Notes: generated from the sequence alone by a model not told the origin. Shown: positions 1-7,100, counted from the stretch's first letter. The stretch is DNA of 64,000 nucleotides from an uncultured Lachnospiraceae bacterium (GCA_964653855.1 CAZZFV010000004.1:5899-69898); one strand, 5' to 3'. Translations and numbers: made by a program.

Positions 1-1367
1 TCAAACAATGCTTCCTTAATCGTAAGCTTTTGTAATACTTCCGCGTTTTCGGGAATTGTAACACTGCAAAAATCTCTTCCGAGATCCGAAACCGTATATT
101 CGCTTTTTAAAGGATAAAGAAGATACGACGCAACAAGCAAATCGACAAAGTTATCGCGGAATTCATCAAATTTTTCGCTTATTTCCTTTATTCCGTATCC
201 GATTATCTTTTTGTTTGCGGCACAAACCTTTTTTAAATTTTCTTTTAATGCGGTCAAAGCGTTTTTATCGGGATCGTAAAGATAAAAGCCCAAATTCCCG
301 CATGTAAACATTATCGCACCGATCTCATTTGAAAATCCGTCATCCGCTTTATATGCAGAATACGAAAATCCGATATTTTGATCACCCGATTTTAAAATTT
401 TGTCTGCGGCCCCCTCTATATCTTCCGGTGTTTTTAATTTTAAAAACTCCTGCGCCTTAAATTCCGGTACTTTTTTCGTTTCGTTTTCGCAGTTTATGTT
501 TGACTTTTCAAAAAGAGAAAACATCGACTTAAATTCGAGTTCCCTAACAATATCGTATGCCGCACCCGTAAAAATATCTCCGATCTTTGCCTTTGTAAGA
601 TCGAAATCAATATCGCAATCCGTTTTTATCGTTGCAAGCCACTTACAAAAATATGCGTCATCTTTTCCCTTTAAAAGCTTATCGTGCATTGCGCCCTTAA
701 TCTCGTCAAGATGCTCATATATCCCGTCAACCGAACCGTATTCCGTTATAAGTTTTTTTGCGCCTTCTTTTCCTATTCCCTGTACGCCCTTATAGTTATC
801 CGACGCATCTCCCATAATCGCCTTATAATCTATAACCATTTTGGGCTCCGGAAGCTCATACTTTTCCGCAAAATTATCCGCATTAAAATCCAAAATCTCC
901 GTTTTCCCGGATTTCGTTACGGGTACTTTAACAAGAATATTTTTCTTTACAAGTTGCAATAAGTCCTTGTCACCCGAAACAATTACGGCTTCAACGCCGT
1001 TTTTCACCGACATTTCAGCCATTGTTCCTATCAGATCGTCGGCTTCGTAGCCCCCTTTTTCAATCACAAATATACCCATAGCGTGAAGCAGCTTTTTAAG
1101 TACCGGAAATTGTGTATAAAGTGCTTCTTCCATGGGTTTTCTTTGTGCTTTATAATCTTTATATTCTTTGTGTCTGAATGTCGGCTCATGAACATCAAAG
1201 GCGATTGCCGCATACTCGGGCTTTTCCGTATTTATGAGCTTTAAAAAAATATTTAAAAATCCCTTTATCCCGTTTGTATGCATGCCCTTTGACGTGGTAA
1301 GATCGGGTAATCCGAAGTATGCCCTGTTTACAATGCTGTTGCCGTCTATCAAAATAATTTTTTTCAT
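1..1367 (-). CDS. polA: DNA polymerase I, N-terminal part (5'-3' exonuclease domain and beyond); runs off the left edge of the window
   Basis: Not in the ORF track because it has no stop in the window. The reverse complement of 1367 downward reads ATG AAA AAA ATT ATT TTG ATA GAC GGC AAC = MKKIILIDGNSIVNRAYFGLPDLTTSKGMHTNGIKG, the classic Pol I/FEN N-terminus. The codons checked at both ends are stop-free, and no large competing ORF occupies the region. Confidence 0.9.
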   Translation of the reverse strand, partial: MKKIILIDGNSIVNRAYFGLPDLTTSKGMHTNGIKGFLNIFLKLINTEKPEYAAIAFDVHEPTFRHKEYKDYKAQRKPMEEALYTQFPVLKKLLHAMGIFVIEKGGYEADDLIGTMAEMSVKNGVEAVIVSGDKDLLQLVKKNILVKVPVTKSGKTEILDFNADNFAEKYELPEPKMVIDYKAIMGDASDNYKGVQGIGKEGAKKLITEYGSVDGIYEHLDEIKGAMHDKLLKGKDDAYFCKWLATIKTDCDIDFDLTKAKIGDIFTGAAYDIVRELEFKSMFSLFEKSNINCENETKKVPEFKAQEFLKLKTPEDIEGAADKILKSGDQNIGFSYSAYKADDGFSNEIGAIMFTCGNLGFYLYDPDKNALTALKENLKKVCAANKKIIGYGIKEISEKFDEFRDNFVDLLVASYLLYPLKSEYTVSDLGRDFCSVTIPENAEVLQKLTIKEALF

Positions 1368-1377
1368 ATCGGTTCCT

Positions 1378-1764
1378 TTACAATATCCAATCATAATGTA
1401 TGTTGAGCAAAAATGCCGCAATTATAACCACCGCAAAAAAAGAAATCATGAATAAGAAAAATGCTCCCCTTCTTTTCAACACCAAATCCGTTCTTTTCTT
1501 TTCGGTATTTTTTAGGATTTCATCGATATTCGAATAATTCAAAAAATCATATTGGTCATCCATAAAGTGAAATGCCGACGAAAACATAAAATAGGCATTT
1601 AACTCCTTTTTACATTCGGGACATGTGTTTATGTGATCGGCAAACATGATTTCGTCTTTTAAGCTTAATTTGCCGTTGATATAATCCGGATTAAGCCTTC
1701 CGATTTCTTCACACGTAAAATCTTTGATTTTTTTTGTTTTTTCTTTTGTACGTTTTGTTTTCAT
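1378..1764 (-). CDS. zf-HC2 (anti-sigma-factor-like) membrane protein: Lys-rich N-terminus, one C-terminal TM helix, about 8 residues outside
   Basis: H-x3-C-x2-C motif (HINTCPECKKEL), preceded by CEEIGRLNPDYINGKLS as in ZAS-type anti-sigma N-domains. C-terminal TM is AFFLFMISFFAVVIIAAFLL. The track start at 1800 is TTG; the ATG at 1764 (MKTKRT...) sits 7 nt after a TATAAT. The stop is 10 nt from the polA ATG. Confidence 0.7.
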   Translation of the reverse strand: MKTKRTKEKTKKIKDFTCEEIGRLNPDYINGKLSLKDEIMFADHINTCPECKKELNAYFMFSSAFHFMDDQYDFLNYSNIDEILKNTEKKRTDLVLKRRGAFFLFMISFFAVVIIAAFLLNIHYDWIL

Positions 1765-1771
1765 GCCTTTT

Positions 1772-1800
1772 ATTATAATTTTTACGCATTGTAAAAGCAA
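1772..1800 (-). promoter_or_regulatory. Sigma-A-type promoter (TTGCTT-17-TATAAT) upstream of the zf-HC2 gene and polA
   Basis: The minus strand reads TTGCTT TTACAATGCGTAAAAAT TATAAT AAAAGGC ATG. The -35 hexamer lies inside the 43-bp repeat. Confidence 0.5.
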
Positions 1801-1836
1801 GAAAAAGTTACCTTTTCTGTCGTCCGAAGCATTTAA
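1794..1836. repeat. 43-bp perfect repeat, copy A (identical to 6556..6598)
   Basis: aaagcaagaaaaagttaccttttctgtcgtccgaagcatttaa was compared base by base with 6556..6598. It contains the 6-7-6 inverted repeat AGAAAA-AGTTACC-TTTTCT. Confidence 0.95.
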
Positions 1837-1860
1837 GCAAAAGTAGTAAAAATATTTCTT

Positions 1861-3765
1861 TTATCCAAAAACAATACATAAAGTATTCCACAAAAAATGG
1901 TTGACGACACATACAGAGATCGACCCTGATTTTTTATACAAAAAACATAAATAAATTCCGAAAACAAACGTGATAATTTTTGTAACCGATCCGTCATGCA
2001 GCAAAGCAAAAACTGCCGCACTTGTTATTATTGACACAACGTTCCACATTTTGTTTTCATTCCACATTTTATTTATATAATCAAACAGCAATCTCCTGAA
2101 CAGAAATTCTTCTCCGAGAGCCGTCCAAAATCCGTGAGATATTACCGTAAACAACATTGTAACCAAAAACGTTACGGAAAAATATTCCGATATGTTGCTT
2201 TCTTCGACGTAGGCCGGAATATTCAATGCCTTTTCTATAAAATACACAACAAAGTACGCAATACAAACGCATACAATCGAATATATAAAAATTTTTTTCG
2301 TCTCTTTATAGGGAACCCTTTTTATCGTTTCGTCCGAGTTGTTTTTTTTATTTGCATATTTGTTAAATAAGAATATAGCCAAAACACTCGAAATAAAGTA
2401 AATAAATTTGTTTAAAATATTCGAAGTATTACCGTTTATTTCAATTTCAAAATTTGAGAATAATCCTTCACAAGCGTCAGTAACAACTCCTGCAAAAAAA
2501 TATATGCACACAACACCGAGAATCAAAAAAACTCCCTTAAAAAAATCTATAAATTGTATTTTTTTTTTGCAAGTATTTTCCGTTTTTTCTTCATCATAAA
2601 ATTTCTCATCAAAAACAGCAAAATACGAAATAATTCCGCATATAACGGATACAATCACACATATCAAAAAGCTTCCGAATATCGCAGCAACACTTATTTC
2701 AAACGAAAAAGACATCAATTCGAACATATATCCCATTATATATTCAATTACAGAATTCATGAATCCGCGAATTAAGAACACCGAAATCATTCCGAACACA
2801 CACCCGATAAATCCTTGAACACCGGAAATCAATATCGAAAATTCAAGCAAAAATTTTTGAGGACATCCGCAAACATAAATCATTTTGTAAAAATCTCTGT
2901 TACTTGTCATGATTTCAACCGAAACATTTATAAGACCGATTGAAATTATGGCAATCAAAATAATACATATGCCGAATGCAGATGTAGAAAAAAGGCCTCC
3001 GAATTCATTATTGTATCCATATTCCTTATTTAAAAAGGAAACATAATAATTTTCTTCATTAATAATTTCCTGTGCCGTAGGAAAAAATTTTGCATTTGGC
3101 AATTCATAATCAACCACATCAACGTAATAATTCGAATAATCGATATTTTCATACGGAAAATAAATATCGCCAAAAGCTATCGACGTTTCGATTGAACTCG
3201 GAATAATTCCTACTACCTTTCCGGTGTACTCATATTCTTCGAATCCATGTATTGTAACACAAATATATTTACCGACCGCATCTATAGCACTTAAATTCGT
3301 TTTTTTTAAAAAGTTTTCGGATATCCATACGCCCGGGCTTGATATATCATATTCCGTAAAAAAATCTTTTTCGCTATCAAAAATAAAACATTCTTCTTTT
3401 AAATAGCTCAAAACTCTGATTTTATTGTCATAAACCGCTTCATTATAACAAACCGAAAAATCATCATACTCTGATAAAACACGTATATTACAATTTCCGA
3501 TTTTATCACCTATCTCTTTGACCTTTTTGTATGTTAAATTTGGAATAAAAGATTCTGTTCCGGTTGAATACCATTTTAAACCGTTTCCCGTTGAAATAAT
3601 TTTCGTACCGAGTTCATTTTCGTTATCCAAAATATCAGTACTTTTTCCGAAAGATAAAATTATAACGTAAACCATCGACACCAATGCGAAATTAATCCAG
3701 CAAATCAAATATTTTGTTTTGTGATTAATCATCCATTTATATATAAGTCGTAATACGTTAATCAT
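1861..3765 (-). CDS. Fusion protein: MacB/FtsX-type ABC permease (N-terminal ~390 aa) fused to a CPBP/Abi (CAAX-type) intramembrane metalloprotease (C-terminal ~220 aa)
   Basis: The N-terminal part has TM1, a ~230-aa extracytoplasmic domain and an FtsX-like 3-TM block (IISIGLINVSVEIMTSNRDFYKMIYVCGC...EFSILISGVQGFIGCVFG). The C-terminal part has all three CPBP motifs: EEFLFRR (EExxxR), FALLH (FxxxH) and HFLWN (HxxxN). Confidence 0.75.
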   Translation of the reverse strand: MINVLRLIYKWMINHKTKYLICWINFALVSMVYVIILSFGKSTDILDNENELGTKIISTGNGLKWYSTGTESFIPNLTYKKVKEIGDKIGNCNIRVLSEYDDFSVCYNEAVYDNKIRVLSYLKEECFIFDSEKDFFTEYDISSPGVWISENFLKKTNLSAIDAVGKYICVTIHGFEEYEYTGKVVGIIPSSIETSIAFGDIYFPYENIDYSNYYVDVVDYELPNAKFFPTAQEIINEENYYVSFLNKEYGYNNEFGGLFSTSAFGICIILIAIISIGLINVSVEIMTSNRDFYKMIYVCGCPQKFLLEFSILISGVQGFIGCVFGMISVFLIRGFMNSVIEYIMGYMFELMSFSFEISVAAIFGSFLICVIVSVICGIISYFAVFDEKFYDEEKTENTCKKKIQFIDFFKGVFLILGVVCIYFFAGVVTDACEGLFSNFEIEINGNTSNILNKFIYFISSVLAIFLFNKYANKKNNSDETIKRVPYKETKKIFIYSIVCVCIAYFVVYFIEKALNIPAYVEESNISEYFSVTFLVTMLFTVISHGFWTALGEEFLFRRLLFDYINKMWNENKMWNVVSIITSAAVFALLHDGSVTKIITFVFGIYLCFLYKKSGSISVCVVNHFLWNTLCIVFG

Positions 3766-3794
3766 TTTCTCTTTTTTATCCCTTTTAACCCGAT

Positions 3795-4457
3795 TTAAAT
3801 TATTTTTCCGTCCGCAAGTTTAATCGTTCTGGGTGCCAGCCTAGCCATATCCATATCATGAGTAACAAGAATTAAAGTTTTGTTTTCGGATAATTTTAAA
3901 ATATTGTCCATAACTTCTTTTCCAGTTTTTTCGTCAAGATTTCCTGTGGGTTCATCTGCCAAAATAATTTGAGGATTGTTTACAAACGCTCTGGCAATAC
4001 AAACTCTTTGTCTTTCTCCTCCGGAAAGCTCACTCGGTCGATGTTTAATTCTGTTTTCAAGTCCGACAAGTTTTAACATATACTCGGCTCTTTCCGTGTA
4101 CTCTTTTCTTTTTTTTCTGTTAATCATCATAGGTAAAGCAACATTTTCAAGAGCATTTAAAGAATTTTCAAGATAAAAAGATTGAAAAATAAACCCGATT
4201 TGTTTATTACGAAATTCAGAAAGTTCTTTTGATTTTTTTTCGGACATATTTACATCATTTATCAAAACACAGCCCGAAGTGGGCTTACTTACAGTTCCGA
4301 GCACATTAAGCAACGTTGTTTTTCCTGAGCCTGACTTACCGATAATTGATACAAACTCTCCGTCATCAATTTTTAAATTTATATTGTCAAGAGCTTTTAC
4401 AAAATTTTCCGAGCTCAAATTTCCGTAAATTTTACATACATTCTCACATATAATCAT
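3795..4457 (-). CDS. ABC transporter ATP-binding protein (MacB/LolD/FtsE-like)
   Basis: Walker A GKSGSGKTT, signature LSGGERQR, Walker B ILADEPTGNLD. Its start overlaps the upstream permease stop by 4 nt. Confidence 0.9.
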   Translation of the reverse strand: MIICENVCKIYGNLSSENFVKALDNINLKIDDGEFVSIIGKSGSGKTTLLNVLGTVSKPTSGCVLINDVNMSEKKSKELSEFRNKQIGFIFQSFYLENSLNALENVALPMMINRKKRKEYTERAEYMLKLVGLENRIKHRPSELSGGERQRVCIARAFVNNPQIILADEPTGNLDEKTGKEVMDNILKLSENKTLILVTHDMDMARLAPRTIKLADGKII

Positions 4458-5779
4458 AAGTTTCTCCGAGATAAATTTTTCTTCACATTAACAAAAACCG
4501 CCAATATGCCTGTAAAAATCAAAATACAACCCATACCGATTGCCGAAGCATAAACAAAACAGTTAAAAGGCAACAAAATATCTTTTAACGATTTAAATTC
4601 CGGCGTTCCGTACAACATCAAATATCCCATAACAAAACATATAAAAAAAGAAAAAAAGCTGCCGCTGATCCAACCGATTATTCCGTATTCGACACCTTCA
4701 CACATCATAATTCCCGCCACAGAATTTTTTTTCGACCCAAGCTTTTCCAATATGTCCCATGTTTCAATTTGTTCTTCATAATTTCTGTATAATGTCGAAA
4801 AAAGCATGAAAAGCGTCACAAAAACAGTCAATATTCCCACACACTTTAACATGCGCTGTAAAAAAAGTATCAAAATCTGTTCGGAAATAAGTCGTTCTCC
4901 GTCTGCTGACGCTATAATACTGAATCCGCACCTTATATCATCAAGCAAAGGCTCAAGAGAAGAATTATCGTTTGCATAAACTCTTATAAAACTTCCGTTG
5001 GCATTTTTTAAGTCGGGTATTAATTTTTTTACAATATCCGAAGATACAAGCATATCATTGCTTAAAGCAGTCATCATTCCTTGCTTTTTAAACATATCTT
5101 CATCAACATTCCAAAAACGATCCGATAATTCTTCGTTATAAATTCCGACTATCAAAGCCTCGGCTTCGTTATCGGCATAAGTAAACTTTATTTTTTCACC
5201 CACCGCCTGCTCAGCGGTTACATCGTAATACTCAAGCATACAGTTGCTTACAATGGCGACATTTTCTTCCCCCTTATACGGCAATCTTCCCGCAACCATA
5301 ATTTCTTTGTTTTCGGAGATAAGTTTATCTGTAAGTGATCCGGAAAAAAAATCAAAATTTGTATCAAATCCGCGCATCTTCGGAATCATTTTTTCTTTTT
5401 TTCCAAACATTTCGAATGAATAATTAAAAAAAAGAGTATCATATTCAATAACAATATTTTTAACTCTTTTATCATTTTGCAAATATGATATCAGCACCGT
5501 TGGTTCTTTTGCAAATTCATTTTGTGCTTCATCAATACTTGAATAATCATATGACGAGTCAATATTTATATATATTTCCGTAATATCAACTCTTTGTTCT
5601 TCATTGCGCGATGTTACATAAACGATGCTGTTTTCGGATGTGGCTTTGAATTTTCTATATGCAAAATCAAAATAAAATGAAATTGTGATTACAACAAAAG
5701 AAAGTGCAATTCCAATCACGACACTGATTGTTCTGCCTTTCCTTTCTTTTATTTTTTTTAAGGCAAACCATGCTTCCAT
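4454..5779 (-). CDS. FtsX-family ABC permease (MacB-type: TM1, large extracytoplasmic domain, 3 C-terminal TMs)
   Basis: N-terminal TM is TISVVIGIALSFVVITISFYF. The C-terminal FtsX-like block is VGILTVFVTLFMLFSTLYRNYEEQIETWDILEKLGSKKNSVAGIMMCEGVEYGIIGWISG. Confidence 0.8.
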   Translation of the reverse strand: MEAWFALKKIKERKGRTISVVIGIALSFVVITISFYFDFAYRKFKATSENSIVYVTSRNEEQRVDITEIYINIDSSYDYSSIDEAQNEFAKEPTVLISYLQNDKRVKNIVIEYDTLFFNYSFEMFGKKEKMIPKMRGFDTNFDFFSGSLTDKLISENKEIMVAGRLPYKGEENVAIVSNCMLEYYDVTAEQAVGEKIKFTYADNEAEALIVGIYNEELSDRFWNVDEDMFKKQGMMTALSNDMLVSSDIVKKLIPDLKNANGSFIRVYANDNSSLEPLLDDIRCGFSIIASADGERLISEQILILFLQRMLKCVGILTVFVTLFMLFSTLYRNYEEQIETWDILEKLGSKKNSVAGIMMCEGVEYGIIGWISGSFFSFFICFVMGYLMLYGTPEFKSLKDILLPFNCFVYASAIGMGCILIFTGILAVFVNVKKNLSRRNL

Positions 5780-5798
5780 TTATCAATACCGTCAAAAA

Positions 5799-6494
5799 TT
5801 AATTTTTATAAGGATTGGTATCACTTGTATCAACAAAAACTCCGAAACACTCAGAAATTATTTCATATATTTGTTCTTTTGGAGAAAAACTTGTTACTCC
5901 AACACTCAAATTCTTTTTTGCCTCCGCTTCGGTACAATGAATTCCGGAAACTTGGCGTACCTTTTCAACGTCACATTGATAACCGGTTATCGTTTCCTTT
6001 TCGTATGTTTGATATAACTTATACCATATCCCCGGCACCGGTGAATATGTATAAGAAGTTTTAACAGTTGTTTCATCAGAGTTTTCCCATTCATGAGAAA
6101 ATGCCGACTTCAAATCACCGATTCCCACATTACTTTTTAAAGATAAATCAACCGTTGTTTTTCTTCCTTCCGTATGACTTGCTGAATGTTCAACGGCATG
6201 TGTAACACTTCCCTTCGGAAAATATGACCATGCGGTCATTGCACTGTAAAATTGATTACTGAAGTTGTCAATATCTTCGTACACATCACTATACGATTCA
6301 ACATATGCATCATACCAAATTAAAGTCTTTTCCCAATAAGAATCATGATAAAAAGTTTCCGCCATTTTTTTATTATCAACATGGAAATCGTAAAAATCAT
6401 AGCAAAGAAATGTCAAAGTCAAAAAAGAAGTCAAAAAAGAAACACATACAACAAGAAATAATTTTTTATTTTTCATTTTCCCCGTCCCCCCCAT
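5799..6494 (-). CDS. Signal-anchored/secreted protein of unknown family; first gene of the ABC/CPBP operon
   Basis: N-terminal KNKKLFLVVCVSFLTSFLTLTFLCYDF is followed by a ~195-aa Tyr/Trp/Ser/Thr/Glu-rich domain with no motif I recognise. An alternative ATG lies at 6476. Confidence 0.6.
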   Translation of the reverse strand: MGGTGKMKNKKLFLVVCVSFLTSFLTLTFLCYDFYDFHVDNKKMAETFYHDSYWEKTLIWYDAYVESYSDVYEDIDNFSNQFYSAMTAWSYFPKGSVTHAVEHSASHTEGRKTTVDLSLKSNVGIGDLKSAFSHEWENSDETTVKTSYTYSPVPGIWYKLYQTYEKETITGYQCDVEKVRQVSGIHCTEAEAKKNLSVGVTSFSPKEQIYEIISECFGVFVDTSDTNPYKN

Positions 6495-6522
6495 AAATTT
6501 TCTTTAAATAAAACACGACTTC

Positions 6523-6551
6523 ATTATACGATTACATATATATGATGTCAA
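6523..6551 (-). promoter_or_regulatory. Consensus sigma-A promoter (TTGACA-17-TATAAT) for the anchored-protein/FtsX/ABC/FtsX-CPBP operon
   Basis: The minus strand reads TTGACA TCATATATATGTAATCG TATAAT. The 43-bp repeat ends 4 nt upstream of the -35. Confidence 0.75.
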
Positions 6552-6555
6552 TCGC

Positions 6556-6598
6556 AAAGCAAGAAAAAGTTACCTTTTCTGTCGTCCGAAGCATTTAA
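6556..6598. repeat. 43-bp perfect repeat, copy B (identical to 1794..1836)
   Basis: Same 43-mer in the same orientation. Weaker, gapped similarity continues about 20 nt past each end. Confidence 0.95.
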
Positions 6599-6615
6599 AA
6601 AAGTAAAAAAACATA

Positions 6616-6644
6616 TTGAAATTAAATTTCTTATGTGGTAAAAT
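6616..6644 (+). promoter_or_regulatory. Sigma-A promoter with extended -10 (TTGAAA-17-TGgTAAAAT) for tRNA-Leu
   Basis: TTGAAA TTAAATTTCTTATGTGG TAAAAT; the tRNA starts about 10 nt downstream. Confidence 0.75.
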
Positions 6645-6653
6645 CTGACAGTC

Positions 6654-6736
6654 GCTGGTGTGGTGGAATGGCAGACACAACAGACTCAAAATCTGTCGGG
6701 GGCAACTTCGTGCGGGTTCAAGTCCCGCCACCAGCA
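6654..6736 (+). tRNA. tRNA-Leu (anticodon CAA), class II with long variable arm, no encoded CCA
   Basis: Acceptor stem GCTGGTG/CACCAGC, D-arm GTGGAATGGCAGACAC, anticodon loop CT-CAA-AA, T-arm GGGTTCAAGTCCC, discriminator A followed by T8. Confidence 0.9.
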
Positions 6737-6765
6737 TTTTTTTTATAAAAAAAGAGGAGGATGCC

Positions 6766-7050
6766 ATGGAAATTGTATTGCGTAATCTTACCGAAGACTA
6801 TGTTATGCTTGTCTACAACCAAATTGCGGACACACTCGACTGTTGCAAATGCGATCAATGCCGACTTGACATTCTTTCCTATACTCTGAACCGCGTAAAG
6901 CCGAGATACGTTGTTTCTTCGGAAGGCGCACTCATGACCAAGCTTTGCGAATTTGATTATCAATTTGAAACTCTTGTTATATCGGAGCTTACAAAAGCCG
7001 CAGAGGTTGTAAAGAAAAATCCGAGACATAAAAACCCGCTTAATAATTAA
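6766..7050 (+). CDS. ComFB-family protein (late competence development protein ComFB domain)
   Basis: MEIVLRNLTEDYV...DCCKCDQCRLDILSYTLNRVKPRYVV matches the ComFB Cys-cluster pattern. SD AGAGGAGG lies 5 nt before the ATG. The upstream part of the track ORF (6658..) overlaps the tRNA and is spurious. Confidence 0.7.
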   Translation: MEIVLRNLTEDYVMLVYNQIADTLDCCKCDQCRLDILSYTLNRVKPRYVVSSEGALMTKLCEFDYQFETLVISELTKAAEVVKKNPRHKNPLNN

Positions 7051-7100
7051 ACACACATAAAAATCCTTGTATTACATGTTACATACTGAAAATTGATCAT

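Noticed and set aside
400-1455. Plus-strand track ORFs 400..795, 684..962, 841..1050 and 1234..1455
   Set aside because: They lie antisense to a convincing polA reading frame, have low-complexity composition and lack an SD. They are shadow ORFs.
1801-1836. An ECF-sigma-type promoter (AAC ... CGTC) inside the 43-mer
   Set aside because: On the plus strand GTTAC and CGTC are only 9 nt apart. On the minus strand GGTAAC is followed by CGT-type elements at 20 nt (copy A) and 14 nt (copy B). The spacing is neither ECF-like nor conserved.
1794-6598. The 43-bp direct repeats read as attL/attR of an integrated element next to a tRNA
   Set aside because: - No integrase or recombinase lies between them.
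- The repeats do not overlap the tRNA; the tRNA 3' end points away.
- Similarity decays gradually beyond the 43-mer instead of ending sharply.
- The zf-HC2 gene outside the repeats is as AT-rich as the genes inside.

This reading is not fully excluded, since recombination between the copies could still delete the ABC/CPBP operon.
6570-6767. The 65-aa minus ORF and the N-terminal extension (6658..6765) of the plus ORF, both over the tRNA
   Set aside because: Both overlap tRNA-Leu. The real ComFB-like start is the ATG at 6766, with an AGAGGAGG SD.
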